A DNA stretch of 64,000 nucleotides from an uncultured bacterium (GTDB lineage: Bacteria; Planctomycetota; UBA1135; GCA-002686595). Shown here piece by piece: positions 40,309-48,984 of this stretch; position 1 is the first letter of the stretch; every line of letters starts with the position of its first letter. The position numbers and the translations under genes are program-made. The notes under the pieces are model-generated. The model was not told where the DNA came from, made no database searches, and worked only from the letters and a program-made list of their open reading frames with translations. The DNA lies in the NCBI GenBank assembly GCA_943787795.1, contig CALSNU010000003.1, positions 1 to 64,000 on the forward strand. The letters are read 5' to 3'.

Positions 40309-40596
40309 GGGGCCAGGAAAGGGGGTCGAACGACCTGTCGATGGCGATAGGTCGAGATGGACTCAAGGTGTTTCTTGGCAGTCGCTTACGCGTCTTTGGC
40401 GTGATCGACGCACCCCCCTGGGGAGGTCCTGAGGGCGCTTCTCTCTTGATCCCGAGCGCCTTCTGTGTCCACCTGTGGCGGTCGGGAACGGCCCCAGGTG
40501 GCCTGCCCCCATGGTTCCAGCGCTTCACCTGGACTCCCTCTCCCGCTCCCGGGCATCCCTGCACGGAAGCCTTTCCCCCAAGCCCCAAATTCAACG

Positions 40597-40785
40597 ATGA
40601 GCCAGAACTACGATCAGATGGTGGAGGCTATTTCGGCCTGCCGCGAGGACGTCGAGAAGGCCGAGGCCGGCAACAAGGCCGCCACCTCCCGCGTCCGCAA
40701 GTCGATGCAGGACATCAAGGCCCTTGCCCAAGAGCTCCGCAAGGAAATGCTCGAGCTCCGCGACTCGGGCGGCGCCCAGGGCTGA
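40597..40785 (+). CDS. Histone H1-like (Hc1 family) small protein
   Basis: 62 aa with GNKAATSRVRKSMQDIK..AQELRK. Confidence 0.8.
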   Translation: MSQNYDQMVEAISACREDVEKAEAGNKAATSRVRKSMQDIKALAQELRKEMLELRDSGGAQG

Positions 40786-40805
40786 GCCTCAGCTCCTGGA
40801 CTTCT

Positions 40806-40845
40806 GCAGGGAGCGCCCTCCGGTCCACGGAGCGGCGCTCCCTGC
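40806..40845. terminator. Strong hairpin between convergent genes (no U-tract)
   Basis: gcagggagcgcc-ctccg-gtcca-cggag-c-ggcgctccctgc. Confidence 0.6.
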
Positions 40846-41132
40846 GTCATTGATGGGCATCTACCGACGGCCCCGCCGATGCCCGCTAGCGCCGACCAGC
40901 ACCCGCCGGGCGTCGCACCACCACCACGGCCCCCGTGCGCCCTGCAGGTGCTGACGTCTCCAGGGTCTGCCGACCCGCATCGCGCGGCCGCCGGCGTCAT
41001 CGCGGCTTGGCTCGGCTCGGCGGGCGGCTCGCCGAACGGGGTCGCGTCTCGGACGGACAGGCCGCTCGGCCGGTGGGGCGCCAGGGGAGACCGGATTGCC
41101 CGAGAAGACCGGATGGCCTGAGAGGAGAGGGA

Positions 41133-42341
41133 CTAGGGCTCCTCGATGCCCTCAGGGAGGTTGAAGGCCTCGCCGTCGCGCTCCAGGGTCCACCGGCTGG
41201 TGACGTCTCGGCCGAGGTCGAGGGGTCGGAAGAGGTGAGGGAAGCGAGCGCCTCCCCTCGAGGTCTCGAACCGCACCGCGCTGGCGACGGTCTCCCGGTC
41301 CAGCTCCAGCAGCGCGACCCTCTGCGCGCCGACAAAGTGAGCCTCAAGGGTGCCCGCGAGCTGGCCGGAGAAGGAGAGGTGAACGAAGCCCTCGGTCTCG
41401 AGTGAGGGCACTGGCAGGGTGCCCTCGGTGGCCAGGCTCCCGGCGTCGGTGTCCGGGACGAGGTGGAAGAGTCGGCGCTCTCGGAGCGGCCGGTAGACCT
41501 CCAGGCACGTCCCGGGCTCCACGAGCCCGGTCTGCTCCGCGCGCCTGGCGAGGGTCTGAATGGCGCGGCGGCCCTGCTCTCCAAGGTCATGGGTCCAGTC
41601 GTTCACGTAGAGCTCAACGTGGCTCCACAGCACCTCGTCGGAGAGCTCTTGGGCGTACCGGCGCATGGACTCCAGCGTCGCCTCGGGCCTCGCCCGGGCG
41701 AGGGCCAGGGAGCGACGCAGGGCGTCCTGGACGGCCTCGACGGTGTCATCGGGGAGCGACCGCTGGGCGAAGATCCCGCCCAGGGGCAGCGGGGATCCGG
41801 TCGCCGACTCCCAGCGCGCACCCAGGTCCTCGACGAATCCGAGGCCCGACTCTGCATAGGTGAAGCGCCCCTCGTGGATGCAGACGCCGAGGTCGGCGTC
41901 GCCCTGCTCCAGAGCGGGCATGACGTCGCTGAAGATGACGTGCTCCGCCGCTGCCGCGTCGGGATAGAAGAGGCGGTAGAGGAGCGCGGCTGTGGTGTGC
42001 TCCCCGGGGCAAAGGACCCTGCTGGACGGGGTCGGGGTGAGGGGCTCGAGGCCGGCGCGGGCCAGCAGCAGGGGCCCATTACCGAACCCCAGCGCGGAGC
42101 CGGTGGGGAGGGCAAGGAGCTCTCCAGCCATCCTGAGCGCGAGGTGGTAGCTAGCCTTCGCGACGTCGAAGGCCGGAGCGGCTCCAGGATCCAGGAGCCG
42201 CTGGTTGAGCTCCTGGACGTCGAGCAGCTCGATCTCGAGGCGGTGGCCCTCGACCTCGACCTCCCTGCTCAGCAGGCCGTGGAAGAGGAACGTGTCGTTC
42301 GGGCAGGTGGAGATCCCGAGCCGGAGGTCGGGGGCGCTCAC
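41133..42341 (-). CDS. mqnD: 1,4-dihydroxy-6-naphthoate synthase fused to a C-terminal DUF952 domain
   Basis: STCPNDTFLF, ALGFGNGPLL, IHEGRFTY, PLPLGG, HVELYVN; then LFHLV..SLETEGFVHLS..FPHLF. Confidence 0.9.
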   Translation of the reverse strand: MSAPDLRLGISTCPNDTFLFHGLLSREVEVEGHRLEIELLDVQELNQRLLDPGAAPAFDVAKASYHLALRMAGELLALPTGSALGFGNGPLLLARAGLEPLTPTPSSRVLCPGEHTTAALLYRLFYPDAAAAEHVIFSDVMPALEQGDADLGVCIHEGRFTYAESGLGFVEDLGARWESATGSPLPLGGIFAQRSLPDDTVEAVQDALRRSLALARARPEATLESMRRYAQELSDEVLWSHVELYVNDWTHDLGEQGRRAIQTLARRAEQTGLVEPGTCLEVYRPLRERRLFHLVPDTDAGSLATEGTLPVPSLETEGFVHLSFSGQLAGTLEAHFVGAQRVALLELDRETVASAVRFETSRGGARFPHLFRPLDLGRDVTSRWTLERDGEAFNLPEGIEEP

Positions 42342-43012
42342 GGCCTCCCTCCAGCGACCATCGCCCGGGCGTGGACCGCCGCTGCCTCAAGGGCCGGCTC
42401 GATCTGCCAGCGGTCCTTGTCCCGGTCGCCGGCCACGTTGGAGATGCCCCGCACCGCGCGCAGGGGGACGCCAGCCATCCGGGCGGCGAGCGCCGCGCCG
42501 AACGTCTCCATGTCCTCTGCGACGGCCCCCCGGAAGCGCTCGAGGCGCCGGGCCGCCTCGGAGGGGCTCCCGGAGGCCGCGCAGACAGACAGCAGCAGGG
42601 GCCCCTCGGCCGGCAGCTGGAGGTGCTCGTGGACCTCGCCCTCGGCGTCTTGCCACTGGGGGAAGCCGAGGGCCGAGGGGAGCAGGAGCCCGGCGTCTTG
42701 CCCCGCCCCGGCCCCGACCCCGTCCAGGGCGACCGCGCCGAACTCGGCCGCCTCGCCCACCTGAGGCCCGCTCTCGAGGCCCCCGGCGAGGCCCCCGGCG
42801 ATACCCAGGAGGAGCAGCTGTTCTGGGTGGAGGCGGGCGATGAGCGCCGAGGTCCGGGCGGCGGCCGCCACGGGGCCGAAGCCGATGACCTGGACCCCGG
42901 GCCCTCCCTGGCCCTCGAAGAGGTCCGGTGCGACGCGCTCCAGGATGGACCGCTCGAGCTCCGTGGGGACGCAGAGCAGGGTGCCGCCTGCGCTGGAAGG
43001 TTGACTGACCAT
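42338..43012 (-). CDS. mqnB: Futalosine hydrolase
   Basis: GFGPVAAAART, GIAG, EDME, RGISNVAGDRD..W; overlaps mqnD. Confidence 0.85.
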   Translation of the reverse strand: MVSQPSSAGGTLLCVPTELERSILERVAPDLFEGQGGPGVQVIGFGPVAAAARTSALIARLHPEQLLLLGIAGGLAGGLESGPQVGEAAEFGAVALDGVGAGAGQDAGLLLPSALGFPQWQDAEGEVHEHLQLPAEGPLLLSVCAASGSPSEAARRLERFRGAVAEDMETFGAALAARMAGVPLRAVRGISNVAGDRDKDRWQIEPALEAAAVHARAMVAGGRP

Positions 43013-43120
43013 GGCAAGAACCTGCGTCGGGAGCGGCCCGGGCTCCACCCTGGAGGTGCCGAATCCTGGGTCCTGAGAATTTTGGCCCCGCCCGGGAGGG
43101 GCTGGACGGATGTTCCGGCG

Positions 43121-45481
43121 ATGGCGCGCATCGATCCAGAGAGGGCCCGCTCACTTGCGGGGGTCCTGATGATCGCCCTCGGGGCCGGCATGAACGCCTC
43201 CTGCGGCAGCGGGGGAGGCTCGACTGCACCTGCGGTCACCGGGGTCGACCTGGTCGCCCTGGGGGTGACGCCAAGCGCGTGGTCCCTTGAGGCGGGCTCT
43301 TTCGTCGTGGTCACCGCCGAGGTGGCCAATGAGGGCGCGTTTGCCTCCGCGGCCTTCGAGGTCGGGGTGTATCTCTCGGCGGATACGCAGCGTGACGCGC
43401 AGGACCCGCGGCTCCTCTCCTGGAGCCTGGCCACCCTGCCTGCGGGCGACACCTTCTCCGCTTCTGAGAGCCTGCAGATCCCCGTCACCACGCCGGCGGG
43501 GGACTACTACTTGCTCTGCGTCGCCGACGACCAGGGGGCGTTCCTCGAGGAGGCCGAAGCGAACAACGTTGTGGCCTCCACGGCCACGCTCCTGATCCAG
43601 GAGGCCGAGCGCCCCGACCTCGTCATGGAGTCGGTCAACTTCGGCGCGGTGGAGGTGCAGGCCGGCCAGTCGATCCTCGTCGATGACGCCGTGCGCAACG
43701 TCGGCGTTGAGACCAGCGGCGCATTCCGCGTGGGGATCTACCTGTCCGACGACGCCCTGATCACCCCGAGCGACGTCCTCATCGGACAGCGGCAGGTGTT
43801 GGACCTCGAGGTCGGGGTACTGGACCAGGCGAGCGGCTCGCTCACGGTCCCCCCCTTCGTCATGGCGGGGAGCTACTTCGTGGGGGCCGTCGCGGATGAC
43901 CTCGGGGCCATCATCGAGATGGACGAGCTCAACAATGAACTCGCCGCCCCCGGGACGATCGCCGTGACCTCCGCGCCCGCCCCTGACCTCGCGGCGGCCT
44001 CGATCAGCTTCACCCCACCCTCGGTCGAGGGTGGGCAGTCCATCGTGGTGGACGAGTCGATCTTGAATCAGGGCCTCGCCGCGGCGCCCCTGTTCCAGAT
44101 CGGCGTCTACCTCTCCGAGGACTCGACCATCGACCCGGCGACGGACCTCTTGATCGGCACTCGGACCGAGAGCCTGCTCCCCGTGGGCAGCCTCTCCAGC
44201 TCCGGCCCGACGTCCATCCCCGTCCCCGCGTCCACGCCGCCAGGGGAGTACTTCGTCGGCGTCTACGCGGACAGCTCGGAGCTCCTCGTCGAGCTGGACG
44301 AGGGGAACAACGGGCTCATCGGCGTGGGCCGTCTCACGGTCTCGTCGCCGCCGCTCTCGGATCTGGTGGCCAGCCAGTTCAGCTTCTCGCCTTCGGCGGT
44401 GCAGTCGGGCACCGGAGCCTCCGTCAACGTCGAGGATGAGGTCACGAACCTCGGGCTCGCGACGAGCTCGACGGTGCGGGTCTCGGTCTACCTGTCCAGC
44501 GACGCTGCGATCACGACCAACGACGTGCTCCTCGGCTTTCACGAGCTCTCTCCCCTGAGCGTCGGGGTCGGCTCGTCGAGGTCGCTGAGCATGCCGGTCC
44601 CCGGGGGCATCGCCCCGGGCTCCTACCGGGTCGGGCTCTGGGTGGACGACCTCAACACCGAACCCGAGCTCAACGAGGGCAACAACCTCCTCGTGGCGGG
44701 CGGCCTCCTCGATGTCCTGGAGGGCGGGATCGCCGCGCCGAACCTCGTCACCGAGCTGATGGACCCGGCGGTCTCGACGGCGGAGCCCGGCGAGCCGTTC
44801 CAGGTCGTGTCGCGCGTGGCGAACAGCGGCGACGCCTCCTGCGGCGCGTTCAGGATCGGGATCTACCTCTCGACCGATGAGACCATCACCAGCAGCGACA
44901 CGCTGCTCGGTGACCGGCTCGTCCCGTTCGGCCTCGGCTCGTCCTTCTCGACCGTCGCGAGCGCGCCGGTCACGGTCCCGCTGGGCACCCCGGAGGGGGA
45001 GTACACGATCGGCGCCCTCGCGGACTGGCAGGACATCGTCTCCGAGTCCGATGAGACGGACAACGGCCTCAACGCCGCGGGCATCTTCCGCGTGCGGATC
45101 CCACCGCCCCCCGCGCCGGATCTGGTGGCCTCGGACGTCGACGTGATCGACGAGTCGCCGTTCACAACCGGTGAGGTGATCCGCGTGGGGCACACCGTCA
45201 CCAACTCCGGCGAGCTCGACGCCGGCTCCTTCAGGGTCGGCATCTACCTCTCCGAGGACGAGGTCATCGACCCTCTCGAGGACACGCTGCTCGGCACCCG
45301 CGTGCTCTCCAGCCTCAGCATCGGCAGCAGCAGCGCGGCCAATACCACCGTCCAACTCCCGCCCAATGTGGCGCTGACGGCCTGGCGCATCGGCGTGCTC
45401 GTGGATGACCTCGAGGCCCAGGCGGAGAGCGACGAGGGGAACAACAGCGCTGTCGATCCAGAAGCCCACGTCATTCAGTGA
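43121..45481 (+). CDS. Lipoprotein made of six CARDB (Ig-like) repeats
   Basis: NASC lipobox; six (P)DL..V.N.G..F.VG.YLS.D..D..E.DE.NN units. Confidence 0.88.
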   Translation: MARIDPERARSLAGVLMIALGAGMNASCGSGGGSTAPAVTGVDLVALGVTPSAWSLEAGSFVVVTAEVANEGAFASAAFEVGVYLSADTQRDAQDPRLLSWSLATLPAGDTFSASESLQIPVTTPAGDYYLLCVADDQGAFLEEAEANNVVASTATLLIQEAERPDLVMESVNFGAVEVQAGQSILVDDAVRNVGVETSGAFRVGIYLSDDALITPSDVLIGQRQVLDLEVGVLDQASGSLTVPPFVMAGSYFVGAVADDLGAIIEMDELNNELAAPGTIAVTSAPAPDLAAASISFTPPSVEGGQSIVVDESILNQGLAAAPLFQIGVYLSEDSTIDPATDLLIGTRTESLLPVGSLSSSGPTSIPVPASTPPGEYFVGVYADSSELLVELDEGNNGLIGVGRLTVSSPPLSDLVASQFSFSPSAVQSGTGASVNVEDEVTNLGLATSSTVRVSVYLSSDAAITTNDVLLGFHELSPLSVGVGSSRSLSMPVPGGIAPGSYRVGLWVDDLNTEPELNEGNNLLVAGGLLDVLEGGIAAPNLVTELMDPAVSTAEPGEPFQVVSRVANSGDASCGAFRIGIYLSTDETITSSDTLLGDRLVPFGLGSSFSTVASAPVTVPLGTPEGEYTIGALADWQDIVSESDETDNGLNAAGIFRVRIPPPPAPDLVASDVDVIDESPFTTGEVIRVGHTVTNSGELDAGSFRVGIYLSEDEVIDPLEDTLLGTRVLSSLSIGSSSAANTTVQLPPNVALTAWRIGVLVDDLEAQAESDEGNNSAVDPEAHVIQ

Positions 45482-45485
45482 TGCC

Positions 45486-45776
45486 ATGAACCGATCCATC
45501 GACCGCTCCTCACCGCTCCGCCGCCCCCTCGTGGTCGCCGCCGCGATCGTGGTGGCCGTCGCGGCTGGGGCCGAGGAGCTCACCAGCCGGGGCGACTTCG
45601 GTGCGCCGCCCGCCGCGGTTCACGATGAGGGAGCCCTGCCCGCCGCGCTGCGAGCGCTGAGCCGCCATGACCGCGTCCCGTCGGAGCCCGGCGGCTATGT
45701 GGACGTGTGGGGGCCCCTCGCCCCGTGGGAGGTGCGGCTCCTCGAGGGGCGAGGCACGCCCCGAACCGGGCGCTGA
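45486..45776 (+). CDS. Small hypothetical protein with signal/TM segment
   Basis: ATG 4 nt after the CARDB stop; hydrophobic stretch. Confidence 0.45.
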   Translation: MNRSIDRSSPLRRPLVVAAAIVVAVAAGAEELTSRGDFGAPPAAVHDEGALPAALRALSRHDRVPSEPGGYVDVWGPLAPWEVRLLEGRGTPRTGR

Positions 45777-45819
45777 ATACCCCGTGACGCCGGCCGGCGC
45801 GGGCCGCAGAATCGCCGCC

Positions 45820-47541
45820 ATGAATGGCGAGGGAGTTCATGGCGGGGCCCGAGATCCGAGGGTGCTTGAGGCACTCCGTGGAGTCTTCGGGATCGAGGAC
45901 TATCGCGGCCCCCAGGAGCGCGCCATCGACGCGGTGCTCGCGGGGCGAGATGTGCTCCTGGCGATGCCCACCGGGGGCGGTAAGTCGCTGGTGTATCAGC
46001 TGCCCGCGGTCGTGGCGGAGGGGCTGACCCTGGTGGTCAGTCCGCTGATCGCGCTCATGAAGGACCAGGTGGACGCGCTCCGGGCCCGGGGAATTCGAGC
46101 CACCTTCGTGAACTCCTCGATCAGCGCCGCGGAGCGCGCCCGGCGACTCGAGGCTGCTGTGGCGGGGGACCTGGACCTCCTGTATGTCACCCCCGAGCGC
46201 TTCCGTCAGCCCGACTTTGCGGGGAGGCTCCGCGAGCTCCCCGTGCGCCGGCTCGCGGTGGACGAGGCCCACTGCATCAGCCAATGGGGGCACGACTTTC
46301 GGCCCGACTTCTCCCGGCTCGGAGAGTACCGCCGGCGCCTTGGCGGGGTCCCGACGATCGCGCTGACGGCGACCGCGACTCCGGCCGTGGCTGAGGACAT
46401 CGTCCTTCGCCTGGACCTCGAGGACCCCCTCGTCCTGCGCACGGGGATCGAGCGCGAGAACCTCTTCATGGCCGTGACCGAGGTGACGAGCGAGGAGGAG
46501 AAGGTGGACGTCTTGGTGGAGCGTCTCCGGGCCATCGATGGGCCAGGCATCGTCTACGGGGCGCTCATCAAGGACCTCGAGCGGATCCACGGCGAGCTGC
46601 GGCGGCGCGGCGTCGAGACGCTCGTGTATCACGGCAAGCTCTCGGCGGAGGAGCGGCGGGGGATGCAGGAGCGCTTCATGGGGTCGTCGGAGCTGGTGGT
46701 CCTCGCCACGAACGCCTTCGGGATGGGCATCGACAAGGCGGACATCCGGTTCGTGATCCACACTCAGATGCCGCGCACCCTGGAGGCGTGGACCCAGGAG
46801 GTGGGGCGGGCCGGCCGTGACGGCGCGCCCGCCTGGTGCGAGCTGCTCTACTTCCCCGAGGATATCGCCATCCAGGACACCTTCGTGCGCTGGGCGAACC
46901 CGACCCTGGAGTATGTGGTGATGGTCTACGAGACCCTCGCGGGATGGGGGGAGCGGGTGCAGCTCAAGGATGAGGCCGACCTGCGGGCAGAGCTGCTCGT
47001 GAAGGAGCGGCGGGACAACCGCGTGGGGATCGCCCTGCGCTGGCTTGAGGTGCTCGGCGTGACGTCGGGGTCCTTCGAGAACCACGACCTCGGGGTGCGC
47101 CGCCCGCTGGACCCCGACGAGCTCCCGGTCTTCCTGGCCACGGGCGAGAAGCTGCAGGACGACCTTCGAGCCCTGCTCTCCATGGTCGAGTTCGCCAAGA
47201 ACGAGGCGCGGCCCCGCAGGGAGCTCCTCGCAGAGCACTTCGGGCTCGAGGACCAGGTCGGGCGCGGCTGCGATAACACCGAGGACGCCGCGGCGTGGCG
47301 CGCGACGCACCTGACCGAGCGGGCGCAGGCGCCGCCGGCGCCCGCCGCATCCGTGCCGCTCGCGGCCGACCCCGACGCGCCCTTCGCCCGCGGAGACTGG
47401 GTGGAGATCGACGGCCGACACCTGGGGCAGGTGGTCAAGGTCGAGGGCGAGGGCCGGCGCACTCGCCTCGTGGTGGAGAGCGCCGGGGACTTCCGGCGGC
47501 GGACGGTCGACCCGCGGCGCCGGCAGGTGCGGAAGATCTGA
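45820..47541 (+). CDS. Atypical RecQ-family helicase with C-terminal Tudor/SH3-like domain
   Basis: MPTGGGKS, VDEAHCISQWGHDFRP, QEVGRAGRDG; no HRDC. Confidence 0.92.
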   Translation: MNGEGVHGGARDPRVLEALRGVFGIEDYRGPQERAIDAVLAGRDVLLAMPTGGGKSLVYQLPAVVAEGLTLVVSPLIALMKDQVDALRARGIRATFVNSSISAAERARRLEAAVAGDLDLLYVTPERFRQPDFAGRLRELPVRRLAVDEAHCISQWGHDFRPDFSRLGEYRRRLGGVPTIALTATATPAVAEDIVLRLDLEDPLVLRTGIERENLFMAVTEVTSEEEKVDVLVERLRAIDGPGIVYGALIKDLERIHGELRRRGVETLVYHGKLSAEERRGMQERFMGSSELVVLATNAFGMGIDKADIRFVIHTQMPRTLEAWTQEVGRAGRDGAPAWCELLYFPEDIAIQDTFVRWANPTLEYVVMVYETLAGWGERVQLKDEADLRAELLVKERRDNRVGIALRWLEVLGVTSGSFENHDLGVRRPLDPDELPVFLATGEKLQDDLRALLSMVEFAKNEARPRRELLAEHFGLEDQVGRGCDNTEDAAAWRATHLTERAQAPPAPAASVPLAADPDAPFARGDWVEIDGRHLGQVVKVEGEGRRTRLVVESAGDFRRRTVDPRRRQVRKI

Positions 47542-47557
47542 GCGGCGCCGAGGCGCC

Positions 47558-48136
47558 TCAGCAGGTCCCCGCCAGGGGCACCCGCTGCAGGGTCATGGGC
47601 AGCTCGGTGGAGACGTCGAAGCGCGCGGCGGTCTCCACGCCGGCCCGCGCGAGGGCCTCGGCGTCCGCGGCGGTCGCGCTGGCGACGCTCATGGCGCCGA
47701 GGGCGAACTCTGCGCCAGAGCCGAAGGCGTAGAACGAGCGGAACTCCTGGACGGAGCGCTGGGGGTAGGCGCCGAAGATACCCCCCGGCGAGGCGATGAT
47801 CATCTCCATGCGCATAGACTCGTAGTCGTCCTGGCTGTCCTCTTTGCCGAGGACGAAGTAGTCATCCCGGAGGGAACGCTGAAGCTGCGTCAAGAAGTCG
47901 AAGATCTGGTCCGTGTTCCTGAGCTGCGGCACTTCCTTCAGGGCCCGGAGGTGGTGCCCGAGGATCAACTGCGCCGAGGCCGGCCCGGTGGGAGCGACCC
48001 ATGCCTCGCCCACCTGGACGAGCTTGTCGCTGGACGCGACGAGGTCCGCCGGCTCCTTGAGGTCACCGTAGGTGGCGAGGGTGTCCGCGGCGATGCACGC
48101 GACTCCGTTCTTCTTGGTGACGACGACGGTGGTCAT
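47558..48136 (-). CDS. Proteasome beta-type (BPH/HslV-like) Ntn protease
   Basis: M-TTVVV..IAAD, K in SDKLV, YAFGSGAEFALGAM. Confidence 0.8.
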   Translation of the reverse strand: MTTVVVTKKNGVACIAADTLATYGDLKEPADLVASSDKLVQVGEAWVAPTGPASAQLILGHHLRALKEVPQLRNTDQIFDFLTQLQRSLRDDYFVLGKEDSQDDYESMRMEMIIASPGGIFGAYPQRSVQEFRSFYAFGSGAEFALGAMSVASATAADAEALARAGVETAARFDVSTELPMTLQRVPLAGTC

Positions 48137-48277
48137 GGGGTCCTGAGGGTCCGAGGTGGAGCGGCGAGGGCCGAGCGCCGGGGAGGCGCGGCCGGGGCGG
48201 ACCATAGCGCAGGTGGCCGGGGTTCGGCGAGGATCCGCTCTCGTTCGCGGGCGCTCCTGCGCCGTACGGCGCGCTCC

Positions 48278-48952
48278 ATGTGGGCCGGCGGTATGTGGGG
48301 CGGCGCTCTCGCAGGGGCCGCGCTCCTCGCGGCTTGCGCGGCGTCGGACCCCACGCGAGAGGTGGCGGCGGAAGCTCCGACGCCGCCCTGGCAGGAGCTC
48401 TTCGACGGGCGTGACCTGTCCTCGTGGAAGACCGGCGTCTTCGGCGAGTTCCCGGAGTTCGACCGCGTAGAGGACGGCGTGGTCATCCCCCAGGGCGTCC
48501 CGCTCGCGGGGCTGACCTACCAGGGCGAGCCGCCTACGCCGCCCTTCGAGGCGGAGTTTGAGGTGACCAAGGAGTACGGCGCGGACTTCTTCTTCTCGGT
48601 GACCTTCCCGGTGCGTGGCGAGCACTTGACGCTCGTGTTGGGCGGTTGGGGGGGGGTGGTCTGCGGGCTCTCCTGCCTGGACGGTGAGGACGCCTCGGGC
48701 AACGAGACCCGAACGCTCCGCGTCTTCCCCGACGGTACGCGCTATCGGATCTCAATGGTGGTGACGGACGAGCGGGTCCGGGTAGACCTGGACGGGGAGG
48801 GCTTGATCGACGCGGACCTGCGCGGACGCGAGCTCGAACTGCGTCCCGAAGTTGACCCCTCCGTCCCGTTCGGGGTCGCGTCCTTCGCCACTCAGACCAT
48901 CCTGCACCGCGTGAGAGTGCGACAGCTGGGTCCCGGCGGTTTCGGCCCTTGA
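48278..48952 (+). CDS. DUF1080 family lipoprotein
   Basis: LAAC lipobox, LFDGRDLSSW, LVLGGWGG.VCGLS.LDG.DAS.NET; start 48278 or 48293. Confidence 0.8.
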   Translation: MWAGGMWGGALAGAALLAACAASDPTREVAAEAPTPPWQELFDGRDLSSWKTGVFGEFPEFDRVEDGVVIPQGVPLAGLTYQGEPPTPPFEAEFEVTKEYGADFFFSVTFPVRGEHLTLVLGGWGGVVCGLSCLDGEDASGNETRTLRVFPDGTRYRISMVVTDERVRVDLDGEGLIDADLRGRELELRPEVDPSVPFGVASFATQTILHRVRVRQLGPGGFGP

Positions 48953-48984
48953 CGGCCCTGACGGGTCGGGGCGACGATTAGATC

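Noticed and set aside
42371..43120. 250-aa N-terminal extension of the CARDB protein
   Set aside because: It is antisense to mqnB; the lipoprotein signal starts at ATG 43121
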